From: a virus
Lineage: Duplodnaviria; Caudoviricetes
Length of the DNA: 43,354 nucleotides
Strand: one strand, 5' to 3'
IMG/VR virus record: IMGVR_UViG_3300021411_000013
Location: 1 to 43,354 of that record
The notes under the pieces were generated by a model that had not been told where the DNA came from, did no database searches, and was given only the letters and a program-made list of their open reading frames with translations. The position numbers were made by a program, and so were the translations under genes. The first letter of the stretch is position 1. Every line of letters starts with the position of its first letter. Below are positions 41,857-43,354 of the stretch, one piece after another.

Positions 41857-42079
41857 GTGCGGCCCGACGCTCGGACAGGGAAGGGGTTCGGGTAACGTGA
41901 GAGTGAGCCGCGCGGCGCTCCTCCGCATACGACGCACGGGGGTACGGGCGCTCGTGCGGGTCACTAACACCCTCGGATTCATCACGGCAAGCGGCGGAGC
42001 AGAAAAGCCCCGTCTGTGCCGGAGTGTCCTCGCAGTTGGCGCAGACCCGACCGCTGATAATGTCGCTGTAGTTCGTCAT
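41846..42079 (-). CDS. Small zinc-finger protein (CANC...LFCSAACR), leaderless
   Basis: ATG 6 nt after a TATGGT -10 element. Confidence 0.65.
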   Translation of the reverse strand: MTNYSDIISGRVCANCEDTPAQTGLFCSAACRDESEGVSDPHERPYPRASYAEERRAAHSHVTRTPSLSERRAARGL

Positions 42080-42085
42080 GGGAAG

Positions 42086-42115
42086 ACCATAGCATGAAGG
42101 GCGGCCGGATGGCAA
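42086..42115 (-). promoter_or_regulatory. Promoter TTGCCA-N18-TATGGT with TGn extension (leaderless)
   Basis: Read on the minus strand. Confidence 0.7.
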
Positions 42116-42345
42116 GCAACCTACAGTTCGGACGTGGAAGTCAGCTATGGACCTACTGGACCAAGGGCCCCGGGCTCCTGCGCTGGCGGCTCTCTCCGCA
42201 CCCGTGGACGACGCTCCGGGACGCGCTGCTGTCCGAAGGTGTGCCGGTTTCGCAGGCTTCGGGGCTTGCGTCAAACTTGTTCAAGGCCGTGTTTGGCTAT
42301 TGGCCGTCCGAGCGAGAGGGGGTTAACCCCGTTGGACGAGGTTAA
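42109..42345 (+). CDS. Conserved actinophage-type hypothetical protein (LWTYWTKGPG...PHPWT.L...WP)
   Basis: GAAGGG RBS; Trp-rich motif recalled from actinophage late proteins. Confidence 0.7.
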   Translation: MASNLQFGRGSQLWTYWTKGPGLLRWRLSPHPWTTLRDALLSEGVPVSQASGLASNLFKAVFGYWPSEREGVNPVGRG

Positions 42346-42349
42346 CCCC
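42319..42349. terminator. Hairpin at convergent junction built from two GGTTAACC palindromes
   Basis: GGGGTTAACC (42319-42328) pairs with GGTTAACCCC (42340-42349). Confidence 0.5.
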
Positions 42350-42367
42350 TGCTGCTGTGCTCAAGCC

Positions 42368-42649
42368 CTAGAAATCGCAACCCTGGAAGGCACCGATCCG
42401 GTGCTCCGTCGTGCTGTAGTAAACCCCGCCCGACACGATCGAACTGCAGGCGCTGACGCCAACCGACGAGCCCTGCGTGTTCCAGGAGAGCCCCAGGAGC
42501 GTCGTGGCGAGGCTGCCAGCGAAGAACGAGATGGCTCCGGCGACCAGGATGAGGGCGACGATCCGGACCCACGGGAGAGGCTCACGGGTCGCTGCGGTGA
42601 CTGCGACTGCGTTGGCGCGCTGCTCGCGGAGGGTGCTGAGAACGATCAT
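42368..42649 (-). CDS. Membrane protein (93 aa) in an inverted cassette
   Basis: AAGGAG RBS, TM segment, C-terminal Cys pair; own promoter. Confidence 0.7.
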   Translation of the reverse strand: MIVLSTLREQRANAVAVTAATREPLPWVRIVALILVAGAISFFAGSLATTLLGLSWNTQGSSVGVSACSSIVSGGVYYSTTEHRIGAFQGCDF

Positions 42650-42690
42650 GACTGGCTCCTTCGTTGGTGCTGCGTCTTGCTGATAGGACA

Positions 42691-42719
42691 ATCATGCTGC
42701 CGGCGTGCCCGGCTGTCAA
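42691..42719 (-). promoter_or_regulatory. Promoter TTGACA-N17-CATGAT
   Basis: Read on the minus strand. Confidence 0.7.
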
Positions 42720-42739
42720 GTCAACCGAACGGATGAGTT

Positions 42740-42844
42740 ATGCCCGGGACCAAGCCGAACAGCGGTACGCCCAAGGACAAGAGGAAGAGCGGCAACGGGG
42801 GAGCGAAGCCGGGGCCGAAGAAAGGTAGCAAGAATGCCAAGTGA
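42740..42844 (+). CDS. Small Lys/Gly-rich basic peptide (34 aa, MPGTKPNSGTPKDKRKSGNGG...)
   Basis: ATG 42740 to TGA 42844; KP..GT.KDKR pattern. Confidence 0.5.
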   Translation: MPGTKPNSGTPKDKRKSGNGGAKPGPKKGSKNAK

Positions 42845-42854
42845 TGGAGAGACC

Positions 42855-43049
42855 GTGAGGGAAGAGAGAGCGGATCAAGGCTATCCGACGCCTACCAGCG
42901 ATGACCTGAACAGCTCCGAGTTCGCAGCTGTATGGCTGGCGATACGGCATTGGGATATCCAGCGGACCCCCGCCGAGGGCTACGCGCATGCCACGGGCAA
43001 CGACGTCATGCACGTCCTGTTGTCCCTGCGCCAAGCGGAGCGCATGTAA
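42855..43049 (+). CDS. Conserved phage hypothetical protein (EF.AVW.AI..WDI...ATGNDV)
   Basis: GGAGA RBS then GTG; alternative ATG at 42834. Confidence 0.7.
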   Translation: MREERADQGYPTPTSDDLNSSEFAAVWLAIRHWDIQRTPAEGYAHATGNDVMHVLLSLRQAERM

Positions 43050-43073
43050 TTCCATGTAATACCGGAGGCTGCC

Positions 43074-43354
43074 ATGGCATGGGACAACCGCACAGGAGGC
43101 AGTAGGCGCTCCCCGCTCCCTATCAACTGGCCCTCCATACGACGGGGTGTCCTGGGGAGGGACGGGCACAGGTGCACCTGGGAGGATCCCACTGGGGGTA
43201 GGTGCACAGCACAGGCTACTGAGGTGGATCACCTGCAGCGCGATGACCACAGGATGCACATGCTCAGATCATTGTGTCATCACCATCACGTGATGGTCAC
43301 AGCTAAGCAAGCTGCAGCAGGACGACACAAGCGCGAGCGTCCGATCGAACAGCA
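43074..43354 (+). CDS. Terminal HNH endonuclease (cos-packaging type), truncated by the window end
   Basis: GGAGG RBS; LPINWPSIR..VL.RDGHRC...ATEVDH..DDH....LC.HHH...R.RP.EQ; no stop inside the window. Confidence 0.88.
   Translation, partial: MAWDNRTGGSRRSPLPINWPSIRRGVLGRDGHRCTWEDPTGGRCTAQATEVDHLQRDDHRMHMLRSLCHHHHVMVTAKQAAAGRHKRERPIEQ

Overview
The window is almost the whole genome (~43 kb, high GC) of a siphovirus-type actinobacteriophage. It starts just before the small terminase and ends inside the terminal packaging-type HNH gene, so the genome ends and any cos site lie outside it. The left arm (+ strand) runs terS, an HNH, terL, portal, MuF-like protein, scaffold, major capsid, head/neck fibre-like genes, connectors, an inserted endonuclease VII, major tail, a -1-frameshifted tail chaperone, tape measure, minor tail genes and a lysis cassette. 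The right arm has sigma-A-type promoters, a Cas4/RecB-like exonuclease, SSB, a Holliday junction resolvase, a PrimPol-D5 primase/helicase followed by an iteron origin, MazG, PolA, a phage sigma factor, two tRNAs inside a structured non-coding block, a beta-helix tailspike-like gene and small inverted cassettes with their own promoters. I found no integrase, repressor, RT or CRISPR array. The best novelty candidate is a GIY-YIG nuclease fused to six tandem 22-aa Cys4 repeats with variable positions, resembling a natural ZFN/TALEN. Others are structured RNAs interleaved with the tRNAs, a 49-bp near-perfect palindrome after the capsid gene, a membrane-anchored GIY-YIG protein and a small peptide with a duplicated QEPNPHPxGxxW core. 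All functional calls come from motif recognition and synteny; no database searches were run.
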